Notes: generated from the letters alone by a model not told the origin. A stretch of 60,985 bases of DNA, filler included, from Nemertoderma westbladi (GCA_032718475.1; 2 parts of 2 records of this genome joined end to end with filler, not necessarily neighbours in it); one strand, 5' to 3'; positions 10,653 to 23,164 are shown, numbered from the whole stretch's first letter. Made by a program: numbers and translations.

Positions 10653-12168
10653 TTATTTATAATAACTTTCGCACCTCTTCAATTTCGATATAACAATATT
10701 TATTTATTTTGTTTCGACACACTTCCTGTAAACTAGGGATTGAGGTTGTGTATATTATTAACAATACGCCATTAGTGTATAGTTTATCGTTTAGGATGTA
10801 TCAAATATTTGTGCTATATTTTGCCGGGTAACTGTATCGTTACTCGTTTGTGTAATTTTTCCTGTAAATTGTCATCGAAGGAAATTAAAAACTATCGATT
10901 TACTTACTAAAAAACCATTTAAAGACAATCCAGTGTTTCTGTTTACTAACAATCCAGTGTTTCTGTTTACTAATAAATAGAAAATGGTCACCCAAAACTG
11001 CCTGACATTGACCCAATGTTGATGATGCATTATAGTCACAGGACCGGCTTGCTCTGTAATGCTTAGTGTTGTGGAGTTGTTGCAGGATATGTGGCCCGCC
11101 TGTTATATCCCATGATTTGTTCTACTAAATAACCTGCAATTTATTTACTTCATGTATCGTTTTTAATTAATAATTTTGAACCCAAATAGTTTGACAAAAT
11201 ACGAGTTAACCGCACTCAACTAATCATAACTCTTATCATATATCTTGTTTATGTTTATTGTTGGATGTTGGCAGACCCATTGTAATACTTATCGTCTCAG
11301 CAGTTTGGTGCTTTTGTCCACTTTTGCTGAGAATAACCCAATTCCAACTGAGAACCTGCTCATTAAATGACCTTTGATTCAATTTTGATTGGTTACTGGA
11401 ATTGAAGTCACTGACATGGTTTACTCGGGGGGTCTGGCAGACCTGTCTAGCGTAGCTTTACTATAATTGGACAAATATTTCCTAATGTTTGATTAAATTG
11501 TATAGAAATTCTATCATAGTCCAGTATAATATGGGTTTAAAATTAATAATGCACATGAAGTTAAACTGACTTGGCCCGAAGACAATGTCCACATATATTA
11601 AATCCGCAACTTTATTATGATTTTTGGTTAGGTTACATTTAGTTTTAATTATGGTTACGGCCGCCAGTGTGTGTAACTTTCGAATGTGTCGTCAGCTCTG
11701 CCACAGTATAGGCCAAGCCGACAGGGCCGTCGCTTTTCTTATCAGAAACTGTGGGTGAGTGGAAGGACTAAAGGTTAAAGTTAAAGTGTAATCAAACATA
11801 TATTTTTTCGTACATAAATATAGTTAGTTTACATAATAATATCGTACACACACCATAATGATTGATGCATTATCAAGACCATAGTGGGCTGCAATAGAAC
11901 AATATCATGCACTGGGGTTCTACGATAGCAGTGGTTGTCAAGACTTCCGTCGGGCCTGCAGGGTAGTGCTGTGTTTTGTCAATAGGCTGTTACAGAGGTT
12001 GATCTAATTTGTTAAATATTCAAAAATTGATGTACGTTAATTTATTCCAAAATTGTAACATTACTCACCGCCGTTAGTATTAACAGCGAGTTGTTATTTA
12101 GCACTTTACAACTTTAGAGGACATTACAGCATTGTATTGGCCTGTATATTTAGTATTGTATTTGGTGT

Positions 12169-12259
12169 TATTGTTTACGTGGTAACCCATGACGGCGTTA
12201 AGTAATGTCCACTAAGGGGACAATACTTAACGCCGTCATTGGTTACCACGTAAACAATA
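12169..12259. repeat. 91 bp near-perfect hairpin (tiny MITE-like palindrome)
   Basis: 42 bp arms with two mismatches around a 7 nt loop, TA at both ends. Confidence 0.85.
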
Positions 12260-12974
12260 GGTGGCAATTTGCCTGACAGCCAGATAGGCCTACTGCATTA
12301 CCTACCGGTAGGCGGGGGTATAGCTATTAATAACCAGTAGGGCCTAGCTATATTATTATATCATGGCTCCAAACGCCACCATAATTAAAAGCTAACTTAT
12401 TTATAACATAATTATGTCATTTTTACAATTATTTATACAGTAACTAATTTAATTTGTACAGTTTCTATCACTTATAATATATATGTACAATCATTTCGTA
12501 ATGTTACAATTTTGGAATAAAACTACATACATACTTGTTGCAAAATAGTTTACAGTGTTCTGATCCTCGTGGCTTTATTTTCACTCACTCACTAACGTAC
12601 CACTCGGATCATCACACTGTAAAGTGCTACTTCACACACAAGTATGTAAAGAGTTATAACGACGAAAAACTGATTAAGAAATATCGAAACAACAAAGGGC
12701 ATTCACGTCAAGTTCACCATCGCAAAAAGATATAACGTTTTAATTTATGTTTTCAAATATTCAGAATTCAAGTTTAAAATATTTCCTCCTAGTGGGTCTA
12801 TATGGTTGAGCTCGACCTTCACACCCAACTGTAGAAGTTTTGGTTACTTACACACCTACTCGCTATAACTTACACTCGGACCTATCCGACATTGTTCCCT
12901 ACAACTATGATGAGTGATGATAACAATTCTAACGTATCACTCAATTACCGGGCTAGGCCCTTCGGTATACTAAC

Positions 12975-13135
12975 TGGCAATCATCTTCTGTTAGCATCGA
13001 TTGGTCATTGCAGTGGAAGAATTTCCCTTTAAATAGTTGCACTCCAATTACAGCAAATATAAAATGGAATAGACTGTAAACAATGAGGATGTTGATAACT
13101 CTTTTAACCGAAGTCAGAACGCAGTCAAATACCGT
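12975..13135 (-). CDS. Cav2: Cav2 calcium channel alpha-1 exon, IIIS4-S5 linker and IIIS5
   Basis: [48 protein letters not shown] boundaries, phase 0 to 2. Confidence 0.92.
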
Positions 13136-13650
13136 CTGCAAAGAAGTAAAATAAAGTTGCGCGTCAATGTAATCTTGATAATATATGGTAACGGTGAGCA
13201 GCTCTGTAACCCGGGTTTTTAGTGAAAGTATTCCTCACATGGGGATAAACTGCAAAGTTAAATATATCAGGAGAAACTGTAAACCCTATAAACGCGTTCA
13301 GTGACTACAAGGACGTATAATAAATACTATTAATTATTATTATTAATCTAAATTTACACCATAACGTAAAACTAAGATAGTATGCTGACAAATTTAACTT
13401 AGTATTATGATGATGATGTTTCCCCCATAAAAATACCCAAAAATAGCTTGAGGACACTTGGCTCATGAAATGAAACAGGCCAATCCAGTCAGAGGAATAT
13501 GTACTCAAAATGATTGGTTTGGGAATTTTAATATTATGGGAATGGTTTCAGTAAAATGTGTCGTGAACCTATCTTTCAGTAACAATTTTCCATTTTAGTA
13601 TATTTATAGCAGGTACCGGTACCGCTATAGTTAATTTATGAGCGACTTAC

Positions 13651-13935
13651 TTTCAGTTTAGGCACTCTATTGATTGTCTTTAAGGGCCTGAGGACTCTGA
13701 GTACGCGAAGAGACTTCACGGCTCCGGCAGCGCCACCTTGTTTGCTACCGTGGCTGCTACTCCCGACCATAATGCAGAAGCTGACGATAGCGCAGATAAC
13801 GACAACGGCGTCGACGAGGTTCCAGAGGTCACGGCAGTACGCCCCGGGGTGCAGGACGAGGCCAAGGTCAACCACCTTGATTAGCAGTTCGAACGTAAAA
13901 ACCGCGGTAAAAAACCAATCAAACTTCTCCAAAAT
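13651..13935 (-). CDS. Cav2: Cav2 exon, IIIS2-S4 (voltage sensor)
   Basis: [16 protein letters not shown]...[22 protein letters not shown], 285 nt, TTTTAG acceptor and GTAAGT donor. Confidence 0.95.
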
Positions 13936-14218
13936 CTAAAATGTGATTTTCAAAATCTAATTAATAACATAAAAAAAACCGGTTTATCATGACTGTTTAT
14001 GTTCAATATATTACACACAATTTATTAAAATCTCACCAGCAGTTATTCTATCATAAATATTTTGAGAGAAAAATTGAAATCAGAGTAATATCAAAAAAAG
14101 TTTAGCAAAAACTTTAGAAACACACATCTTTGGAATTTATACAATTATTAGTAATCAGTATAGCAAGCGTACGATCTAGGATTTATAGTGAGTTACTTTC
14201 TTATAAATATGTAATTAC

Positions 14219-14348
14219 TTTGTTTCGGATTCCTTCTGTATAAACTGGATCTTCTAAAGCCAATGAGACACTGCTGAATATAATGAAGACCAAAATAACC
14301 GTCTCGAAATGTTTAAAACTGACGACTGCGTGAGCACCACGTCGAATC
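14219..14348 (-). CDS. Cav2: Cav2 exon, IIIS1 (not in the ORF track)
   Basis: (P)IRRGAHAVVSFKHFETVILVFIIFSSVSLALEDPVYTEGIRNK. Its phase-2 start completes the CC|G Pro codon of the previous exon. Confidence 0.93.
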
Positions 14349-14361
14349 CTATTGAAAACAA

Positions 14362-17300
14362 ATAAACAACGAGGTACGTGGGAGGGTCAGAATAACTTAC
14401 GGATTGGTCGGTCCCAGTATAAACAACGAGGTACGTGGGAGGGACAGAATAACTTACGGATTGGTCGGTCCCACCCAGTATAAACAACGAGGTACGTGGG
14501 AGGGACAGAATAACTTACGGATTGGTCGGTCCCAGTATAAACAACGATGTACGTGGGAGGGACAGAATAACTTACGGATTGGTCGGTCCCAGTATAAACA
14601 ACGAGGTACGTGGGAGGGACAGAATAACTTACGGATTGGTCGGTCCCAGTATAAACAACGAGGTACGTGGGAGGGACAGAATAACTTACGGATTGGTCGG
14701 TCCCAGTATAAACAACGAGGTACGTGGGAGGGACATAATAACTTACGGATTGGTCGGTCCCACCCAGTATAAACAACGAGGTACGTGGGAGGGACAGAAT
14801 AACTTACGGATTGGTCGGTCCCACCCAGTATAAACAACGAGGTACGTGGGAGGGACAGAATAACTTACGGATTGGTCGGTACTAGTATAAACAACGAGGT
14901 ACGTGGGAGGGACAGAATAACTTACGGATTGGTCGGTCCCACCCAGTATAAACAACGAGGTACGTGGGAGGGACAGAATAACTTACGGATTGGTCGGTCC
15001 CACCCAGTATAAACAACGAGGTACGTGGGAGGGACAGAATAACTTACGGATTGGTCGGTCCCACCCAGTATAAACAACGAGGTACGTGGGAGGGACAGAA
15101 TAACTTACGGATTGGTCGGTCCCAGTATAAACAACGAGGTACGTGGGAGGGACAGAATAACTTACGGATTGGTCGGTCCCAGTATAAACAACGAGGTACG
15201 TGGGAGGGACAGAATAACTTACGGATTGGTCGGTCCCAGTATAAACAACGAGGTACGTGGGAGGGACAGAATAACTTACGGATTGGTCGGTCCCAGTATA
15301 AACAACGAGGTACGTGGGAGGGACAGAATAACTTACGGATTGGTCGGTCCCAGTATAAACAACGAGGTACGTGGGAGGGACAGAATAACTTACGGATTGG
15401 TCGGTCCCAGTATAAACAACGAGGTACGTGGGAGGGACAGAATAACTTACGGATTGGTCGGTCCCAGTATAAACAACGAGGTATGTGGGAGGGACAGAAT
15501 AACTTACGGATTGGTCGGTCCCAGTATAAACAACGAGGTACGTGGGAGGGACAGAATAACTTACGGATTGGTCGGTCCCAGTATAAACAACGAGGTACGT
15601 GGGAGGGACAGAATAACTTACGGATTGGTCGGTCCCAGTATAAACAACGAGGTACGTGGGAGGGACAGAATAACTTACGGATTGGTCGGTCCCAGTATAA
15701 ACAACGATGTACGTGGGAGGGACAGAATAACTTACGGATTGGTCGGTCCCAGTATAAACAACGAGGTACGTTGGAGGGACAGAATAACTTACGGATTGGT
15801 CGGTCCCAGTATAAACAACGAGGTACGTGGGAGGGACAGAATAACTTACGGATTGGTCGGTCCCACCCAGTATAAACAACGAGGTACGTGGGAGGGACAG
15901 AATAACTTACGGATTGGTCGGTCCCACCCAGTATAAACAACGAGGTACGTGGGAGGGACAGAATAACTTACGGATTGGTCGGTCCCAGTATAAACAACGA
16001 GGTACGTGGGAGGGACAGAATAACTTACGGATTGGTCGGTCCCAGTATAAACAACGAGGTACGTGGGAGGGACAGAATAACTTACGGATTGGTCGGTCCC
16101 ACCCAGTATAAACAACGAGGTACGTGGGAGGGACAGAATAACTTACGGATTGGTCGGTCCCAGTATAAACAACGAGGTACGTGGGAGGGACAGAATAACT
16201 TACGGATTGGTCGGTCCCACCCAGTATAAACAACGAGGTACGTGGGAGGGACAGAATAACTTACGGATTGGTCGGTCCCAGTATAAACAACGAGGTACGT
16301 GGGAGGGACAGAATAACTTACGGATTGGTCGGTCCCAGTATAAACAACGAGGTACGTGGGAGGGACAGAATAACTTACGGATTGGTCGGTCCCAGTATAA
16401 ACAACGAGGTACGTGGGAGGGACAGAATAACTTACGGATTGGTCGGTCCCAGTATAAACAACGAGGTACGTGGGAGGGACAGAATAACTTACGGATTGGT
16501 CGGTCCCAGTATAAACAACGAGGTACGTGGGAGGGACAGAATAACTTACGGATTGGTCGGTCCCAGTATAAACAACGAGGTACGTGGGAGGGACAGAATA
16601 ACTTACGGATTGGTCGGTCCCAGTATAAACAACGAGGTACGTGGGAGGGACAGAATAACTTACGGATTGGTCGGTCCCAGTATAAACAACGAGGTATATG
16701 TGGGAGGGACAGAATAACTTACGGATTGGTCGGTCTCAGTATAAACAACGACGTACGTGGGAGGGACAGAATAACTTACGGATTGGTCGGTCCCAGTATA
16801 AACAACGAGGAACGTGGGAGGGACAGAAAAACTTACGGATTGGTCGGTCCCACCCAGTATAAACAACGAGGTACGTGGGAGGGACAGAATAACTTACGGA
16901 TTGGTCGGTCCCAGTATAAACAACGAGGTACGTGGGAGGGACAGAATAACTTACGGATTGGTCGGTCCCAGTATAAACAACGAGGTGCGTGGGAGGGACA
17001 GAATAACTTACGGATTGGTCGGTCCCAGTATAAACAACGAGGTACGTGGGAGGGACAGAATAACTTACGGATTGGTCGGTCCCAGTATAAACAACGAGGT
17101 ACGTGGGAGGGACAGAATAACTTACGGATTGGTCGGTCCCAGTATAAACAACGAGGTACGTGGGAGGGACAGAATAACTTACGGATTGGTCGATCCCAGT
17201 ATAAACAACGAGGTACGTGGGAGGGACAGAATAACTTACGGATTGGTCGGTCCCACCCAGTATAAACAACGAGGTACGTGGGAGGGACAGAATAACTTAT

Positions 17301-20300
17301 GGATTGGTCGGTCCCAGTATAAACAACGAGTTACGTGGGAGGGACAGAATAACTTACGGATTGGTCGGTCCCAGTATAAACAACGAGGTACGTGGGAGGG
17401 ACAGAATAACTTACGGATTGGTCGGTCCCAGTATAAACAACGAGTTACGTGGGAGGGACAGAATAACTTACGGATTGGTCGGTCCCAGTATAAACAACGA
17501 GGTACGTGGGAGGGACAGAATAACTTACGGATTGGTCGGTCCCAGTATAAACAACGAGGTACGTGGGAGGGACAGAATAACTTACGGATTGGTCGGTCCC
17601 ACCCAGTATAAACAACGAGGTACGTGGGAGGGACAGAATAACTTACGGATTGGTCGGTCCCAGTATAAACAACGAGGTACGTGGGAGGGACAGAATAACT
17701 TACGGATTGGTCGGTCCCAGTATAAACAACGAGGTACGTGGGAGGGACAGAATAACTTACGGATTGGTCGGTCCCACCCAGTATAAACAACGAGGTACGT
17801 GGGAGGGACAGAATAACTTACGGATTGGTCGGTCCTAGTATAAACAACGAGGTACGTGGGAGGGACAGAATAACTTACGGATTGGTCGGTCCCAGTATAA
17901 ACAACGAGGTACGTGGGAGGGACAGAATAACTTACGGATTGGTCGGTCCCACCCAGTATAAACAACGAGGTACGTGGGAGGGACAGAATAACTTACGGAT
18001 TGGTCGGTCCCACCCAGTATAAACAACGAGGTACGTGGGAGGGACAGAATAACTTACGGATTGGTCGGTCCCAGTATAAACAACGAGGTATGTGGGAGGG
18101 ACAGAATAACTTACGGATTGGTCGGTCCCAGTATAAACAACGAGGTACGTGGGAGGGACAGAATAACTTACGGATTGGTCGGTCCCAGTATAAACAACGA
18201 GGTACGTGGGAGGGACAGAATAACTTACGGATTGGTCGGTCCCAGTATAAACAACGATGTACGTGGGAGGGACAGAATAACTTACGGATTGGTCGGTCCC
18301 AGTATAAACAACGAGGTACGTGGGAGGGACAGAATAACTTACGGATTGGTCGGTCCCAGTATAAACAACGAGGTATGTGGGAGGGACAGAATAACTTACG
18401 GATTGGTCGGTCCCAGTATAAACAACGAGGTACGTGGGAGGGACAGAATAACTTACGGATTGGTCAGTCCCAGTATAAACAACGAGGTACATGGGAGGGA
18501 CAGAATAACTTACGGATTGGTCGGTCCCAGTATAAACAACGACGTACGTGGGAGGGACAGAATAACTTACGGATTGGTCGGTCCCAGTATAAACAACGAG
18601 GAACGTGGGAGGGACAGAAAAACTTACGGATTGGTCGGTCCCACCCAGTATAAACAACGAGGTACGTGGGAGGGACAGAATAACTTACGGATTGGTCGGT
18701 CCCAGTATAAACAACGACGTACGTGGGAGGGACAGAATAACTTACGGATTGGTCGGTCCTAGTATAAACAACGAGGTACGTGGGAGGGACAGAATAACTT
18801 ACGGATTGGTCGGTCCCAGTATAAACAACGAGGTACGTGGGAGGGACAGAATAACTTACGGATTGGTCGGTCCCACCCAGTATAAACAACGAGGTACGTG
18901 GGAGGGACAGAATAACTTACGGATTGGTCGGTCCCAGTATAAACAACGAGGTACGTGGGAGGGACAGAATAACTTACGGATTGGTCGGTCCCAGTATAAA
19001 CAACGAGGTACGTGGGAGGGACAGAATAACTTACGGATTGGTCGGTCCCACCCAGTATAAACAACGAGGTACGTGGGAGGGACAGAATAACTTACGGATT
19101 GGTCGGTCCCACCCAGTATAAACAACGAGGTACGTGGGAGGGACAGAATAACTTACGGATTGGTCGGTCCCACCTAGTATAAACAACGAGGTATGTGGGA
19201 GGGACAGAATAACTTACGGATTGGTCGGTCCCAGTATAAACAACGAGGTACGTGGGAGGGTCAGAATAACTTAAGGATTGGTCGGTCCCAGTATAAACAA
19301 CGAGGTACGTGGGAGGGACAGAATAACTTACGGATTGGTCGGTCCCAGTATAAACAACGAGGTACGTGGGAGGGACAGAATAACTTACGGATTGGTCGGT
19401 CCCAGTATAAACAACGAGGTACGTGGGAGGGACAGAATAACTTACGGATTGGTCGGTCCCACCCAGTATAAACAACGAGGTACGTGGGAGGGACAGAATA
19501 ACTTACGGATTGGTCGGTCCCAGTATAAACAACGAGGTACGTGGGAGGGACAGAATAACTTACGGATTGGTCGGTCCCACCCAGTATAAACAACGAAGTG
19601 CGTGGGAGGGACAGAATAACTTACGGATTGGTCGGTCCCACCCAGTATAAACAACGAGGTACGTGGGAGGGACAGAATAACTTACGGATTGGTCGGTCCC
19701 AGTATAAACAACGAGGTACGTGGGAGGGACAGAATAACTTACGGATTGGTCGGTCCCAGTATAAACAACGAGGTACGTGGGAGGGACAGAATAACTTACG
19801 GATTGGTCGGTCCCACCCAGTATAAACAACGAGGTACGTGGGAGGGACAGAATAACTTACGGATTGGTCGGTCCTAGTATAAACAACGAGGTACGTGGGA
19901 GGGACAGAATAACTTACGGATTGGTCGGTCCCAGTATAAACAACGAGGTACGTGGGAGGGACAGAATAACTTACGGATTGGTCGGTCCCACCCAGTATAA
20001 ACAACGAGGTACGTGGGAGGGACAGAATAACTTACGGATTGGTCGGTCCCACCCAGTATAAACAACGAGGTACGTGGGAGGGACAGAATAACTTACGGAT
20101 TGGTCGGTCCCAGTATAAACAACGAGGTACGTGGGAGGGACAGAATAACTTACGGATTGGTCGGTCCCAGTATAAACAACGAGGTACGTGGGAGGGACAG
20201 AATAACTTACGGATTGGTCGATCCCAGTATAAACAACGAGGTACGTGGGAGGGACAGAATAACTTACGGATTGGTCGGTCCCACCCAGTATAAACAACGA

Positions 20301-22156
20301 GGTACGTGGGAGGGACAGAATAACTTACGGATTGGTCGGTCCCAGTATAAACAACGAGGTACGTGGGAGGGACAGAATAACTTACGGATTGGTCGGTCCC
20401 AGTATAAACAACGAGGTACGTGGGAGGGACAGAATAACTTACGGATTGGTCGGTCCCACCCAGTATAAACAACGAGGTACGTGGGAGGGACAGAATAACT
20501 TACGGATTGGTCGGTCCCAGTATAAACAACGAGGTACGTGGGAGGGACAGAATAACTTACGGATTGGTCGGTCCCAGTATAAACAACGAGGTACGTGGGA
20601 GGGACAGAATAACTTACGGATTGGTCGGTCCCACCCAGTATAAACAACGAGGTACGTGGGAGGGACAGAATAACTTACGGATTGGTCGGTCCTAGTATAA
20701 ACAACGAGGTACGTGGGAGGGACAGAATAACTTACGGATTGGTCGGTCCCAGTATAAACAACGAGGTACGTGGGAGGGACAGAATAACTTACGGATTGGT
20801 CGGTCCCACCCAGTATAAACAACGAGGTACGTGGGAGGGACAGAATAACTTACGGATTGGTCGGTCCCACCCAGTATAAACAACGAGGTACGTGGGAGGG
20901 ACAGAATAACTTACGGATTGGTCGGTCCCAGTATAAACAACGAGGTACGTGGGAGGGACAGAATAACTTACGGATTGGTCGGTCCCAGTATAAACAACGT
21001 GGTACGTGGGGGGGACAGAATAACTTACGGATTGGTCGGTCCCAGTATAAACAACGATGTACGTGGGAGGGACAGAATAACTTACGGATTGGTCGGTCCC
21101 AGTATAAACAACGAGGTACGTGGGAGGGACAGAATAACTTACGGATTGGTCGGTCCCAGTATAAACAACGAGGTACGTGGGAGGGACAGAATAACTTACG
21201 GATTGGTCGGTCCCAGTATAAACAACGAGGTACGTGGGAGGGACAGAATAACTTACGGATTGGTCGGTCCCAGTATAAACAACGAGGTACGTGGGAGGGA
21301 CAGAATAACTTACGGATTGGTCGGTCCCAGTATAAACAACGAGGTACGTGGGAGGGACAGAATAACTTACGGATTGGTCGGTCCCAGTATAAACAACGAG
21401 GTACGTGGGAGGGACAGAATAACTTACGGATTGGTCGGTCCCAGTATAAACAACGAGGTACGTGGGAGGGACAGAATAACTTACGGATTGGTCGGTCCCA
21501 GTATAAACAACGAGGTACGTGGGAGGGACAGAATAACTTACGGATTGGTCGGTCCCAGTATAAACAACGAGGTACGTGGGAGGGACAGAATAACTTACGG
21601 ATTGGTCGGTCCCAGTATAAACAACGAGGTACGTGGGAGGGACAGAATAACTTACGGATTGGTCGGTCCCACCCAGTATAAACAACGAGGTACGTGGGAG
21701 GGACAGAATAACTTACGGATTGGTCGGTCCCAGTATAAACAACGAGGTACGTGGGAGGGACAGAATAACTTACGGATTGGTCGGTCCCAGTATAAACAAC
21801 GAGGTACGTGGGAGGGACAGAATAACTTACGGATTGGTCGGTCTCAGTATAAACAACGAGGTATGTGGGAGGGACAGAATAACTTACAGATTGGTCGGTC
21901 CCATTATAAACAACGAGGTACGTGGGAGGGACAGAATAACTTACGGATTGGTCGGTCCCAGTATAAACAACGAGGTACGTGGGAGGGACAGAATAACTTA
22001 CGGATTGGTCGGTCCCACCCAGTATAAACAACGAGGTACGTGGGAGGGACAGAATAACTTACGGATTGGTCGGTCCCACCCAGTATAAACAACGAGGTAC
22101 GTGGGAGGGACAGAATAACTTACGGATTGGTCGGTCCCAGTATAAACAACGAGGTA
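14362..22156. repeat. 57/61 bp minisatellite, about 134 units, filling a Cav2 intron
   Basis: Unit CCCAGTATAAACAACGAGGTACGTGGGAGGGACAGAATAACTTACGGATTGGTCGGT. I counted 35 units carrying a 4 bp CCCA insertion. Confidence 0.98.
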
Positions 22157-22473
22157 TAGGGCAGAATTGGTTTAGCGCCCTCAGATGCCTCAGAATCTTT
22201 ACTAATGCCTTTCATCTGTTCGAGTTTAGTGGAACCCCTTCGCGGTGAATTCTTGATATTATTATTATCCAACGGTTTCCCTGCTCCACCGATGGTGGGC
22301 GTGTCTTTGTAACGACCATTGAAGGAGGCACTTCGCTCTTGTTTCTGGAATGCCTCGAGTTCAGTTTGCAGTACCGAATAGTCGGGCCCTTCTGTTAGTG
22401 TCGGACGCTGTTGGCTGTTCGACGGACTCGCCGAAATGACATTGAATGAAGACGCCCGATTCTGATTTACGAA
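22124..22473 (-). CDS. Cav2: Cav2 exon, II-III cytoplasmic linker (not in the ORF track)
   Basis: 350 nt open frame ending EGAKPILPYTSLFILGPTNP, which matches the Cav2 pre-IIIS1 motif. ATTTCAG acceptor, GTAAGT donor, phases fit both neighbours. Confidence 0.9.
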
Positions 22474-22665
22474 CTGAAATTAAATATTTACAATATAATA
22501 CACGAGTGATTATAATCTTAGCTGTAAATATTTATCTACAGACATTTCGATGTCTCTAATATTAGAAACTTTTTATGGGGGGGGGGGGGGGGGGGTGGCA
22601 TGTTTATTAATAATTACTCCACCTGGTGCCCTGGTGCCCTGGTGCCCCGGAGCCGGTAGGCCTAC

Positions 22666-22796
22666 CTGTAGAGCGATCTCTTCCTCTTTGAATTTCCGCT
22701 CAGCATCAGCCTTCTCCTCATCTCGTGTCAGCTGTTGGGCGTTGGCAAGATTGTCCACAGCGATAGCCAAGAATACATTGAGCAATGTGTAATTAC
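22666..22796 (-). CDS. Cav2: Cav2 exon, IIS6 and start of II-III linker
   Basis: (G)[27 protein letters not shown]...EIALQ. GCAG acceptor, GTAGG donor. Confidence 0.95.
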
Positions 22797-22907
22797 CTGC
22801 GATTATAAATAATTCATTGAATCAAACGAAAAGTAAACTTTTATTTATAGTAACAATGTATTGGCAAACTGTATTTTTCGAGGTGTTTGTTATTATACAT
22901 TTATTAC

Positions 22908-23164
22908 AGGAAGGGATCTAGTGGTTGTAGTTTCGTCTTCCACCTCGAGGTCCCAGGTTCGAATCCGACACCACGCTGATGAGACCCAGTAAGGTCGAAA
23001 CGCGTACGTGGTTTGGAGAGATACGTGGTTTGGTTTCGCAGGTAAACTCTCTAAAATACAGCGGTGCAATCATATGGAACTCACTAAAAACAGAATTTAA
23101 AATGTGCAAATCAAAAAACACACTAGCTAGAAAATTAAAACTTCATATGTTAAGTGAACTTTAA
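22908..23164 (+). mobile_element. tRNA-derived SINE-like element with hammerhead body and LINE-like tail
   Basis: A-box-like TCTAGTGGTT and B box GGTTCGAATCC, then a hammerhead, then sequence translating as SLKYSGAIIWNSL...LARKLKLHML (L2/CR1-group ORF2 C-terminus). Confidence 0.65.
22970..23012 (+). ncRNA. Minimal type I hammerhead ribozyme
   Basis: ACCACG-CTGATGA-GACC-cagtaa-GGTC-GAAA-cgcg-TA-CGTGGT. The core is intact, stems I and II are perfect, and loop III is palindromic. Predicted cleavage after 23006. Confidence 0.85.

Noticed and set aside
14362-22156. CRISPR array, or repeat-protein genes from the many ORFs over the array
   Set aside because: Units are head-to-tail with no unique spacers and no cas genes. 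The ORFs arise because 57 is a multiple of 3, and the only frame with real homology (Cav2) stops in every unit.
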